A DNA stretch of 64,000 nucleotides from IMG/VR virus record IMGVR_UViG_3300032030_002802, positions 32,001-96,000 of that record. One strand, written 5' to 3'. Within the stretch, counting starts at the first letter, position 1, and each line of letters starts with the position of its first letter. Below are positions 7,870 to 17,247 of this stretch, one piece after another. The notes beneath the pieces are model-generated. The model was not told where the DNA came from. It was given only the letters and a program-made list of their open reading frames with translations, and did no database searches. The position numbers and the translations under genes are program-made. Origin of the DNA: a virus (taxonomy: Duplodnaviria > Caudoviricetes).

Positions 7870-8249
7870 GGCCTGGTGTCCCCGTCGAATACCGGCTTGC
7901 CGTCGGACGCGACGTCGATGCCCCGCAGGCACTCCTTCGGCGGCATGAGCGACTTCGCGTTCTCGCGCTCCTTCTCGTCGGGGTCGGACTCCATCGTCGC
8001 GACGGCCTCGACGTATTCGACGAGGGGCTCGAACGGGATGTCGTACCCCGGCTTGTACTGGAAGTTAACCCGGTGCTGCCGGATCACCTTGGACAGCATG
8101 GGGCATGCGCCCCAGGCCTCAGCCGCCGCCTGGTCCATGTGGCCGTACAGCAGGAACTTGTACGAGGGGTACCCGTTGCGGATCTCCTCCTCGAGGACGG
8201 CCGCGGCGCCGAGGTGTTTCAGGACGCAGCCTAAGCATGGTTTTCTCAT
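7866..8249 (-). CDS. Hypothetical protein (MRKPCLGCVLKHL...)
   Basis: AGGAG RBS; ATGA coupling. Confidence 0.65.
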   Translation of the reverse strand: MRKPCLGCVLKHLGAAAVLEEEIRNGYPSYKFLLYGHMDQAAAEAWGACPMLSKVIRQHRVNFQYKPGYDIPFEPLVEYVEAVATMESDPDEKERENAKSLMPPKECLRGIDVASDGKPVFDGDTRP

Positions 8250-8815
8250 TCTTGTTCTCCTTGTGTTTTCTGTCTTGGCGCCAGGTAGTGCCGCAGGGTC
8301 TGTATCGGGTGCAGGGCCGACACCGGCACCGCGGCTATCTCGACCCGCGTGGCCACGCTTGTCGCGGCCCGCGCGTACTTCACGGCCTCTTCGCCGATGG
8401 CCCAGCCGGCCAGCTTCACGTTGAGCCCGCCCCTCGACTCGCGGGCGTGCTCGTGCTTGCTCACGAAGGCGCACACGAGCACGTGCCGCACGACGCCGGG
8501 CGGCACGGCCAGCGACGTCAGCGGGACGAGCATGTGCTTCGTCGACGGGTCTCCGGCGACAGTGGACACCATCACGGACAAGGCGATGCGCCCGCGGGCG
8601 GTGTCCACGATGTAGGGGGTCGTGCGCCTCGCGTGCACGGCCAGATGCCCGCTCCGGCACAGCTTCTCCAGGATCGCTGCGCCCATCACGGCGAACCGCC
8701 TGGAGTTCTCTGTCCTCGCGAACCTGGGCGGCGCTACGCCACGTGCGGCGTCCACGTCGGATTTCGGGACGCGAATGCTCTTGATGGGCCCCGGAAGGTT
8801 CGCGCGCGGGGTCAT
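8246..8815 (-). CDS. Hypothetical protein
   Basis: Coupled ORF starting MTPRANLPG. Confidence 0.55.
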   Translation of the reverse strand: MTPRANLPGPIKSIRVPKSDVDAARGVAPPRFARTENSRRFAVMGAAILEKLCRSGHLAVHARRTTPYIVDTARGRIALSVMVSTVAGDPSTKHMLVPLTSLAVPPGVVRHVLVCAFVSKHEHARESRGGLNVKLAGWAIGEEAVKYARAATSVATRVEIAAVPVSALHPIQTLRHYLAPRQKTQGEQE

Positions 8816-9161
8816 CCGAGCACCTCCCTGCCCTCGGGGAGCAGCGTGTACTCGACTCCGCGCGTTCCGGGCCTCGCCGCGAGCACCCCCATCTTGCAGA
8901 GGCGGTTGACCGGGCGCCGGGCTCTCACCATTATCGACATCCTCCCACTCCTCGTCTGCTGCCTCGGCGGGCCGTACAGGGCCGCGCCCAGCTGTTCGCA
9001 CGTGTACCACCCGGACTCCAGCACTTTGGCCGCGCGCCTCAGCAGGTCCATGCTCGCGCTGTCGGCCATCGGGCGGCGGGCACGCTTGTCGCGCCTGACC
9101 GCCGCCGGGCATCCGGCGCGCCCGGGGCAGTCGGCGCACAGGGTCTTCCGGCGGCACCGCC

Positions 9162-9572
9162 TCATTTCTTCCCCGGCACCAGTTCGGACGCCGGCGAGAG
9201 CGGCTGCTCGTTCCACAGTATGGTGGTCGACCGTGTCCCGGCCTCGACCAGCGTCGCCTGCCTCTGGTTGACCGTGACGGTGAACACCGTTCCGGGCTGG
9301 ACGTCGAACACGGCCTTCCATACGGCGAGTATGTAGTTCTCGTGCAGCGCGCGCGGGAGCCCGGGGTACTCCTTCACCATGGCGAGGGCCATTTCGTCCG
9401 CGTCCGCGCCCGTCTCGGCCACCTCCGCCTTCTCGGCCAGCTTGAACCCCGGCACGGTCAGGAACGCCCCGGAGGACTGGCTCGGAAAGCAAGGGACGAC
9501 GGGCTCGCGCCGCGTCGTCCACTCGCTGTCCGCTGTAGTCCGCTCCTTTGGTATGGAGACGAGGAACTTCAT
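9162..9572 (-). CDS. Hypothetical protein
   Basis: Coupled ORF starting MKFLVSIPK. Confidence 0.6.
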   Translation of the reverse strand: MKFLVSIPKERTTADSEWTTRREPVVPCFPSQSSGAFLTVPGFKLAEKAEVAETGADADEMALAMVKEYPGLPRALHENYILAVWKAVFDVQPGTVFTVTVNQRQATLVEAGTRSTTILWNEQPLSPASELVPGKK

Positions 9573-10138
9573 CCGAGGGCCTTCACCTGCTCTTCCGTGG
9601 GCGCCACGATCCCGCCCTTGGGCTGGTTGCGTCCCGGGACGCTGATCTTGGTCTTGGCGAGGAACTCGTCGACGTTGGCGTCGCAGCAGTTCACGAGCGA
9701 CACGGCCTGGGCCTGGGTGCAGTCCACGGTGGTGGATACGAACCCGAATCCGGAGTCGCGCCCCTCCGCGTCGACGTACACCGCCTCGACGCTGATCGCG
9801 CGGAGGTTGCTGTGGTCGGCGAGGAACTGCACGAGCTGCTGGACGTGCGTCCCGATCTGCCCCGGCGGTACGGTTGACGCCGTGAGCGCTTCTACGGCCT
9901 GAGCCTTGGGGGCGTCGAGCAGGACGCGCGGGTGTTCGGCGTCCTCTCCGGGGGCGGTGACGCGGACGGCCGCCGCGTCGTCGAGCTTCTTCACGCACTC
10001 CAGGATCGACGGGGTGTGGAAACGGATCTCCTCCGTCTTCTTCTCGCCGTTGAGCGTGACCTCTAGGGCCACGTTACGGTTCGGGGCCGGGGCTTTCTGG
10101 GTCTCCGGCGTCTCGGGTGTGTTGTCTGGCTTTTCCAT
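9569..10138 (-). CDS. Hypothetical protein
   Basis: AAGGAG RBS; plausible composition. Confidence 0.7.
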   Translation of the reverse strand: MEKPDNTPETPETQKAPAPNRNVALEVTLNGEKKTEEIRFHTPSILECVKKLDDAAAVRVTAPGEDAEHPRVLLDAPKAQAVEALTASTVPPGQIGTHVQQLVQFLADHSNLRAISVEAVYVDAEGRDSGFGFVSTTVDCTQAQAVSLVNCCDANVDEFLAKTKISVPGRNQPKGGIVAPTEEQVKALG

Positions 10139-10149
10139 TTCGGTTCTCC

Positions 10150-10878
10150 TTATTTCTGCAGGGCGTACCGTTTTCCGATGGTTGCGGCTTCGCTTTTCAC
10201 GGTATCGGCCATGAACATGTGCGTTGCTAGTTGCTGGGCGCGTATTTCCAGGGCGTCCATGTTCCGAGTCACGTCTTCCTTGTCGAAGAGTGTGGTTAGT
10301 GGCGCGTCGCGGTCGACGGCCATGTCATTCCCGGCTTTTGCGTCAGCCTCTGCGGCAGCCCGGGCCACGGCGCTGATCTGCTCCCTGGCCTCGGACATGT
10401 GCTTCAGCATGTACGCCAGTTGGTTTTCCTGCATCCTCGCCCGGTTCCTCGTGCTCATGTCTTGGCTGCGTTTCTCTGCCTCCTGGCTGGTGAGCGCTCG
10501 TTTTCCCCGCTCCTTGTCCTCCCGCGTCATTTCCTCCGCTAGCGTTTTTTGCCGCTTCTGGGCCTCAGCAAGCCGTGTCCGCAGCTTAATCGTGGCGTTT
10601 GCCTCCACCGCCGCCTTGATGGTGTTGATTGTCTCTACCTCGGCTTTGGCGCTCTCGCCGTTCGTGAATACGGTGTTTGCGATACCCATCTGTGTAGACA
10701 GGTTCCTAAGCAATGCCGGAACGAATCCGTGGCCGACATCCGTAAGCGGTTTCACCGTTACGACCGTCTGTCCGTCTGCACTGGTTTTCGCGCTGATCGT
10801 GAAGTCACGTCCCTCGGTGGGCATGGTGTTCGCGACTATGGTGTAGAGCTTCTGCGCGTCTAGCGTCTGTATGGCCAT
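10150..10878 (-). CDS. Hypothetical coiled-coil protein
   Basis: MAIQTLDAQK start with AAGGAG; helical A/E/K/R-rich C-terminal half. Confidence 0.65.
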   Translation of the reverse strand: MAIQTLDAQKLYTIVANTMPTEGRDFTISAKTSADGQTVVTVKPLTDVGHGFVPALLRNLSTQMGIANTVFTNGESAKAEVETINTIKAAVEANATIKLRTRLAEAQKRQKTLAEEMTREDKERGKRALTSQEAEKRSQDMSTRNRARMQENQLAYMLKHMSEAREQISAVARAAAEADAKAGNDMAVDRDAPLTTLFDKEDVTRNMDALEIRAQQLATHMFMADTVKSEAATIGKRYALQK

Positions 10879-10879
10879 A

Positions 10880-11389
10880 CTAGTTCTCCTTCTCTGTTGT
10901 TCCGCCGGCTTGGTTATTCGGCGACTTTTGGCGTTCCTGTTGTCCGGGCTGCTCGGCGTGAGCGGTCTCGGGTTGCTTGGATTCATTCTCCTCGGCGGGC
11001 TGCGGATCGAGTCCGTCGCCGCCTGAAGCCGGTGCGGGGGCCGTCGGTCCCGGCGGAGGGGCCCACAGCGAGGCCATCGCCTGAGCGTCCTCCTTCGTGA
11101 TCCCGAGCTGCAGGCCGTCGAAGCCTATGGCCGCAAGGTAGTCGAGGAGGGCCTTCCCGACCGCGTGCTGCCCGGCGATGACGGTCTCGGGCACGCCCGG
11201 TATGTCCACGGGGGTAGTCACGTCCTTGTCGTACGGATGGTCGAACACGCCTCTCTTGTGTATACGGCGCAGCCCGGCTATCGAGTGGACGCTCATCAGC
11301 CCGGCCACGTGCCTGAGGGCCGCGTTGGCGAGTGCCCTGAGCTCGGGGTACTCGTCGAAGTCAGCCGCCAGTTGCGGTGTCAGTGTCAT
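10880..11389 (-). CDS. Hypothetical protein
   Basis: AAGGAG RBS; fits the operon. Confidence 0.65.
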   Translation of the reverse strand: MTLTPQLAADFDEYPELRALANAALRHVAGLMSVHSIAGLRRIHKRGVFDHPYDKDVTTPVDIPGVPETVIAGQHAVGKALLDYLAAIGFDGLQLGITKEDAQAMASLWAPPPGPTAPAPASGGDGLDPQPAEENESKQPETAHAEQPGQQERQKSPNNQAGGTTEKEN

Positions 11390-12182
11390 CTTGCTCAGTC
11401 TCCTTCTTTGTTGTTTTGTCGGGAAGGTCTTCGGTGACCTTGTCCTTGTACCTGCTGTACAGTTCGGTCAGCCACTCCGCCGTGAGCGGCACCTTCTCGT
11501 GCGTCGTCGCGTGCTCCAGGTACATGCCAGCCTTGGCCAGGTCGGCTATCCGGTCGGTGAGCTTGCCCATCCCGTCGGCGCATGCCATCAGCGTGAACGC
11601 CGACACCAGGTGGGTAAGCCCGTTGTAGGTATCCTTGTCGTCCTTGAGCCGCCAGTAGAACGTCCCGTCCGGTTTCGGCCCGGTGCCGAACAGCCAGTCG
11701 AGGCGCTCCGGGAGGCCGTCCCCCGCATAGGGCCACTCCCGCCGCCCGTCGTCTTCCGCCTTCGTCTCGGCGAAGGGGTCGGTCCCGACAGGTGCGCGCA
11801 GCGTGGCCTCGATGCGTGCAAGCGTCTCGCGGTTGTTCAGGTTCACCTCGTCGTTCCTGTGGGCCAGGACGTACACCAGCCTGCCGGGGTGGTTCCTGCG
11901 GAGCCAGTCGGCGAACCAGAGTCCGCCCTTGTGGGCGGAGTCCTTGCCGAACTTGTGGTGGCTCGGGCACAGCAGTATCCCGTTCATCGTGTCGTACCGC
12001 AGCGCGCGGCACGTGTTGCGGTTCTCGAGGTGGTGGGCGTTCGGCGTGCTGCCGCTTCCGCAGACCGCGCACTTGTGCCCCCACTCCTCAGCCACCTTTG
12101 CCGTCCACAGGCGCATCAGGCGCCTTCGGATCCTGGCAAGCGGCTCCAGCTTCTTCCGTTTCTTCTTCTGTTTTCTGCTCAT
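11361..12182 (-). CDS. HNH (NinG-like) nuclease-domain protein
   Basis: CAVCG....NAHH.........RYDTMNGILLCPSHH. Confidence 0.75.
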   Translation of the reverse strand: MSRKQKKKRKKLEPLARIRRRLMRLWTAKVAEEWGHKCAVCGSGSTPNAHHLENRNTCRALRYDTMNGILLCPSHHKFGKDSAHKGGLWFADWLRRNHPGRLVYVLAHRNDEVNLNNRETLARIEATLRAPVGTDPFAETKAEDDGRREWPYAGDGLPERLDWLFGTGPKPDGTFYWRLKDDKDTYNGLTHLVSAFTLMACADGMGKLTDRIADLAKAGMYLEHATTHEKVPLTAEWLTELYSRYKDKVTEDLPDKTTKKETEQDDTDTATGG

Positions 12183-13674
12183 GGGTTTGTAGTATACCAT
12201 TTCCCGCGGCCGTCTGCAATGCCCGGGCTTGCGAAAAGAGCGCGGCGGCGACGGACGGCTTCCCGCCCCGTAGCGCCGCCTGGGCCTTTTTCGCGAGCGA
12301 CGTGGCGCGTGCGATGGCCGCGTTGCGAAGGTTCGTGGCGCGTCGGCGGGCGCGTCGGCGGCGTTTGGCCTCCGTCGCCCCCCACAGCCGCGCCTCGTAG
12401 TACATGACCGCCTTCTCGATCATGCCGAACACCTGGTTTATCCTGTCGTCCCAGTCGAGCCACTCGCGCTCCTCGCGGGTCAGGTGCTTTGACTTCGGGT
12501 TTGGCTTCTCCTTCGGCGGGCTGCACTGCGGCTTGCCCGGGGCGCCCTCCGCCCGCATGTTCAGGCGCAGGCAGTCGCGGCACGGCAGCGGAGGGGACGA
12601 CGCCACCATGTCGCGCATGTTCCGGCTCCCCAGCCACTCCGCCACGTCCCAGTACCTCTCGTTGTCCGCCACGGCCTCGCCGCGGGCCTCCCTGGCCGCG
12701 TCGATGTACTGCGGCAGGGTGTCGTACGGCATCAGCGACGGGGCCGCGACGACGAACTCGGGCACGGACCAGCCGCTCACGAGCACGTTGGGCTGCTGGC
12801 GCATCACGACGTCCGCGAGCTCCCAGCCGGCGAACGACACCATCGTGGGGGAGCACGACCACCGGTTCACCTCCAGCCACTTGCCGGTACCCTCCGTGAA
12901 CCCGCGCGGATGCGGCTCGATGTACACGCCCACCGCGAGGAAGCACACGTCCCTGTCCGGCACCGGCGCGTTGCGGCCGATGCACGGGACGCGCACGAAC
13001 GGCGCGTGGAAGCAGTTCGAGTCGCACAGGGATATCCCGTACCTGTAGAACCCGTCGTTCGACCTGGCGGCCTCCGCGGCCGTCGCGGGCGGCGGCTCTC
13101 CGGACACGTCAACGGGCAGGCCGTACTTCACGGCCGCGGCCAGCTTCGCCACCCAGTTTATCGTGAGGCTTCCGTACAGGCCGTACCCCTGCGGCTTGAA
13201 CCTCAGCTGCACCTCCGCCCTGTGGGCGAGGGCGTGGGCCGCCTCCAGGAGGCGCCATCCCCACCTTTCCGCGACCAGGTCGACGATCGCGGGGCTTTGC
13301 GGCCTCCGAAGCACCACGCCATCCCGGGGCATGCCGACGCGGTAGAACGCCGGCACGGTCTGCTCCAGCCACGTCGTGTTCGTCTTCCTGAAGGACGGGA
13401 CCCGCTGCGACGACATCGTGCGGAACTCCGTCCACGGCGTCGGCGCGGCCGCCGCGTCCCACAAACGCAGTCCACCAGCCGTCCCCGAGGCGCTTGGGGC
13501 GAACGGGTCCGGGTCCACGCTGTCCAGGCTCGCGAGCGCGGCCTCCTGCCTCTCCGGCGTCAGCCACGCCTGGTGCGGGTACTCCGGGTGCGCGAACGGG
13601 AAATGGCTTTCGCCCGTCGCCCGCACCACGCTGCACGCGGCCCTCGCACGCTCCGACAGCGCTGATCTGTCCAT
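12088..13674 (-). CDS. Large hypothetical protein
   Basis: About 528-aa ORF with GGAGGGAG upstream of MDRS. Confidence 0.65.
   Translation of the reverse strand: MDRSALSERARAACSVVRATGESHFPFAHPEYPHQAWLTPERQEAALASLDSVDPDPFAPSASGTAGGLRLWDAAAAPTPWTEFRTMSSQRVPSFRKTNTTWLEQTVPAFYRVGMPRDGVVLRRPQSPAIVDLVAERWGWRLLEAAHALAHRAEVQLRFKPQGYGLYGSLTINWVAKLAAAVKYGLPVDVSGEPPPATAAEAARSNDGFYRYGISLCDSNCFHAPFVRVPCIGRNAPVPDRDVCFLAVGVYIEPHPRGFTEGTGKWLEVNRWSCSPTMVSFAGWELADVVMRQQPNVLVSGWSVPEFVVAAPSLMPYDTLPQYIDAAREARGEAVADNERYWDVAEWLGSRNMRDMVASSPPLPCRDCLRLNMRAEGAPGKPQCSPPKEKPNPKSKHLTREEREWLDWDDRINQVFGMIEKAVMYYEARLWGATEAKRRRRARRRATNLRNAAIARATSLAKKAQAALRGGKPSVAAALFSQARALQTAAGNGILQTHEQKTEEETEEAGAACQDPKAPDAPVDGKGG
12191..12219 (-). 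promoter_or_regulatory. Sigma70-like promoter
   Basis: Minus strand TTGCAG-17 nt-TATACT with extended -10 TG. Confidence 0.65.
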
Positions 13675-13857
13675 TCTCTCCCTCCACAACCTTCGACGTT
13701 AGCAGCTTAAGTATCCCGCGTACGCACGCCTCGCCCGGCGTAATGCAGCAGTGCACCCCGTCGTGGTAGCTGTCGAACACGCAGAAGTCGCAGGCGTCGT
13801 GGTACGCGATCGCCCGCGCGAGCTCCTCCGGGCTGCGCGTGAGCCTCTCGAATAGGG

Positions 13858-14253
13858 TCATTGTCCGGGCAGGATTATCCTGCCCCGGCCTCGTATCCGC
13901 TCCCATTGGTCTATCTCCCGTATCACGCTCTCCTTTATCCCCGGGTTGCACACGCCGCACGCGTCGATGTGGAGGATGCTGTGCGGGCGGATGTAGAACC
14001 CGCTCGCCAGCATCTTGGGGGCGAGGCGGCACACGACCGCCTTGCACTTCGAGCATATGACCTTTGCCGTGTCCGCGTACGTCCGGATGCACTCCCCGCA
14101 GAGCTGGTCAGGCGTGCCGATGAACGGCGGCATGAGGAACGGCTTGCCGCACATCAGGCACGGCACGATGTTCCCGGGCAGCGCCGGATCGGACTTGACC
14201 TTCTTGAAGAGGATCTTGTTGTTCGTAAGGGCGGGCAGGTCCTCGAATCTCAT
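13858..14253 (-). CDS. Zinc-finger protein (multiple CxxC)
   Basis: CLMC, CGEC, CSKC and CGVC. Confidence 0.7.
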   Translation of the reverse strand: MRFEDLPALTNNKILFKKVKSDPALPGNIVPCLMCGKPFLMPPFIGTPDQLCGECIRTYADTAKVICSKCKAVVCRLAPKMLASGFYIRPHSILHIDACGVCNPGIKESVIREIDQWERIRGRGRIILPGQ

Positions 14254-14891
14254 TTCGCGGCCTCCGTGTTCTTCGCCTGGTTCCCGGCATCGGACGCCCT
14301 GCGGCGGCGGAACTCCTCGAGCCACCGCCGCGTCAGGGGTATCTTCGCCGGCGTCCCGCACGCGTACTCCTCCAGGTAGTCGCCGTGGGCCTCTAGCTCG
14401 TCCATGCGCTCGGCGAGCCGCCCCTCGCGCTCGTAGGCGTCCAGGTCCTCCATCAGCAGGTACGCCATCGCCTCGCCCGGGAATATCCCGACCCCGTTCC
14501 AGCTGTAGCGCCGCTCCGGCCTGAGGTCGTGGAATGCCTCGTCGCCTGGGCCGTCGCTGAACAGGGCCGCTGCGGCCGCCGCGAACTTCGCGTCCGTGGC
14601 GGCGATCTGGTCGCGGGCCTCGCCGACCACCGCAGCGGTGACCGCGGCGTCCGCGACGGCCTTCGGCGACGCAACGATGGTGGCAATGCCCGACAGGAAT
14701 CCGCGCCTCGTCATCCCAGCGCCTCCAGCTGCTCGATTATCGCGTCGCGCTCGGCCTTCAGGTCCTTGAGGCGCTCGTTGAACGCCTTGGCGGACTCCTT
14801 CTTGCTTGCCTCGACCTCGATGATCTGGCGGTCGATGTTCTCCAGCGACCTGCGCAGCTCGTCGGGCGTGCGCTGCGGCGTGTCCATGAAC

Positions 14892-15431
14892 TCATCCATT
14901 CTGACCCTCCGGCCTTATCAGGTGTCGGTAGAGCAGGTCCGCCTCGCACCAGAGCAGGACCGCCGTCCCGTCGCGGCTGCGGGTAAGGCTGCACGGCAAC
15001 GGCAGGTTGTCCGTGTCGACGAGCAGCGAGCCCAGGCGGGTCACGGCCATTAGCCTGTCCGCCCCCCGCACGCGGTACACCAGTTCGGCCCGGGCAGGCC
15101 GGCCGGCCTGTCCGCCGGCCTGCTCGGCCAGTTCCAGCACGATGTCCTCGGCCGCCTTCGAGCTGCTCACGCTACGCACCGGCGGGAGCCTGCCTAGGTA
15201 CAGGCGCAGGGTCTTCCCGTCCAGCTCGCGGACCAGCCGCTCGGCGCGCTCCAGCAGGGTCGTGTCCGGCCGTATTTCCGAGGCGGTTCCGGTGGCCTTC
15301 TCCATCGCCGCCATCGTCTTTTCGGTCAGGCCCATCGCACGGAGGATGCGCCTCGCGGCCATGTCCTCCGTGGACTGGTCCGTGGCCGTCCTGCCTTCCT
15401 CGTACCGTCGCTTTACGTCGACCCAGCTCAT
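14892..15431 (-). CDS. Hypothetical protein, tandem paralog 2
   Basis: MSWVDVKRR...; similar to 15428-15958. Confidence 0.7.
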   Translation of the reverse strand: MSWVDVKRRYEEGRTATDQSTEDMAARRILRAMGLTEKTMAAMEKATGTASEIRPDTTLLERAERLVRELDGKTLRLYLGRLPPVRSVSSSKAAEDIVLELAEQAGGQAGRPARAELVYRVRGADRLMAVTRLGSLLVDTDNLPLPCSLTRSRDGTAVLLWCEADLLYRHLIRPEGQNG

Positions 15432-15958
15432 TTCACGGCCTCCTTCTCCTTTACAGCTGGCGGCGTCCAGCATGCCCAACCGAGGTATTCGCCAGCGTCC
15501 ATGTCGACGGACATGTACTCCCCGTCGGCCGTCCTGCGTACGACGCACGGTATCGGTATCCGGATCGTGGGGGCGCGTCCACCTTTCCGGTCGACCTTCA
15601 CCAGCACGAGCGCGTGGAGTCGCCGCGCGCCGGCCGTGCGGTACACGTTCACCATCTCGTTGCGCAGCCCGAGGTCGTCGTCCGTGGCAGACGAGACGGA
15701 CGCCACGGCGATCTTCTCGGCTTCGGCATACGACTTCACGTCGCTTACTATCAGCCGCGGGAAGTCATCCTGCCTGTCGTGCCCGATCCTGATCGCCATG
15801 TTGAGCGGCGTCGCCCGTGCAGTGCCCGTCTTGGCTGCTAGCCTGCGCACCTCACTCTCCGTCAGGCCGAACGCCTTGATGATGTGCTTCGCGAGCATGT
15901 CCTTCGTCTCCCGGGACGCAGACCCGCGAAACCACCTCTCCGCAGAGTCCCAGCTCAT
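15428..15958 (-). CDS. Hypothetical protein, tandem paralog 1
   Basis: MSWDSAERW...; similar to 14892-15431. Confidence 0.7.
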   Translation of the reverse strand: MSWDSAERWFRGSASRETKDMLAKHIIKAFGLTESEVRRLAAKTGTARATPLNMAIRIGHDRQDDFPRLIVSDVKSYAEAEKIAVASVSSATDDDLGLRNEMVNVYRTAGARRLHALVLVKVDRKGGRAPTIRIPIPCVVRRTADGEYMSVDMDAGEYLGWACWTPPAVKEKEAVK

Positions 15959-17247
15959 TTCCCGGCCTCCTGGCCGTCCACGTCGCCGCCCTGCTCCGCC
16001 CCTTCCGCCGGCTGGTTCTTCCACGACGTCTCGAAGTCGAAGCCGAAGCCGCGGATCCTCAGCGCCTGGCGGCAGCACATGAGCAGGTCCTCGTTCGCGT
16101 AGAACGCGCGGACGAAGTCCTCCTCCGTCCGGAACGTCTTGTCCGAGAGGAGCGTGCACTTGATGCCAGCCGACGTGCGCACGGGCACCTGTCCGGGGTC
16201 GAACAGGCCGAACTTCGCCGAGAACGGGCTGCACGGGTGCTTGATGAGGAACTCCGCGTCCGTGTGGACCAGGTCGAAGCCTTTTCCGCCCGTGTTGAGG
16301 AACAGCGGCAGCTCCCTGACGGCGCCGGCGAACTTGTCGCCGGACCACTTGTTCTTGAGGCACTTGAACGTCGTGGCGTTCCCGACGATGTTGCCCGTCC
16401 GGTTGTCGGTCCACTTGGACGCACGCAGCTCGTAGGCGTAAGTCGCGGAGATGCGGACGGCCTCCTCGGCGACGCTGGTCTTCTGGGGGCCTGCGAACGC
16501 GGCGGGGCCGGACGCGATCTTCTGGGTCTCGTGCGAGGTCAGGAACAGGTTGGCCTTGCGCTGGTACATGCGCTGCACGCGCAGGCGGAACCACTCGCGC
16601 ATTTTCCTGGCCATCAGGCCCGGCTGTGTGGCGCGGCTCATGTCCACGACGTCCTGCTCGACCTTGTCCTCGGTGCCCAGCTGCGAAAGCGAGTCCACGC
16701 CGATCACTATGGGCTTGGTCATGTCGGGGTCTACCGGGTTCGTGAACTCGCTCTTCACTGGGCGTCCGTTCTCGCCGATCCCGCCGCCGACTCCGCCGCG
16801 GATCTCGCACACGAGCCTGTCGATCGTGCTTAGGCAGTCGTCAAGCGACGAGACTTCCTTCGTGAGGAGCCGCTGCGGGTCGCACCCGAACGAGTACACC
16901 CAGTCCGCCGGCGACCCGGCGCCCTCCGTCTCGAAGTGCATGCAGATGGCGTCCTGCTTCTTTATGGAGGTGGCGTACTGCAGGTACATGAACGACGACT
17001 TGCCGGCTGACGCGAGCGCCCGCTCCTGGCAGATGCGCCCCGACAGCCACCCGCGCCCGCCGACCAGGTACTCCTGCGCGATGCTGGGCAGGTCGTGCGT
17101 CGGGTTCCACACGTCGACGTAGGTGGCCTTCTCCATTGCCGTCGCGACCGTCTCTATCCCGGGGTCGCTCTTGCGGAGCCGCTCCAGGAGCGCCGACACG
17201 GTGTCGGTCGGCGCCCCCGAGGAGATGAGTTTCTCCTTCTTGGCCAT
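15955..17247 (-). CDS. recA: RecA/UvsX-like recombinase
   Basis: GGRGWLSGRI...SAGKSS (Walker A variant), HFETEG, IVIGVDSL (Walker B) and KNK. Confidence 0.8.
   Translation of the reverse strand: MAKKEKLISSGAPTDTVSALLERLRKSDPGIETVATAMEKATYVDVWNPTHDLPSIAQEYLVGGRGWLSGRICQERALASAGKSSFMYLQYATSIKKQDAICMHFETEGAGSPADWVYSFGCDPQRLLTKEVSSLDDCLSTIDRLVCEIRGGVGGGIGENGRPVKSEFTNPVDPDMTKPIVIGVDSLSQLGTEDKVEQDVVDMSRATQPGLMARKMREWFRLRVQRMYQRKANLFLTSHETQKIASGPAAFAGPQKTSVAEEAVRISATYAYELRASKWTDNRTGNIVGNATTFKCLKNKWSGDKFAGAVRELPLFLNTGGKGFDLVHTDAEFLIKHPCSPFSAKFGLFDPGQVPVRTSAGIKCTLLSDKTFRTEEDFVRAFYANEDLLMCCRQALRIRGFGFDFETSWKNQPAEGAEQGGDVDGQEAGK

Noticed and set aside
13109-13861. 250-aa overlapping gene starting MTLFERL
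   Set aside because: Only the first ~60 codons look protein-like. The remainder overlaps 12088-13674 out of frame, so its extent could not be supported.
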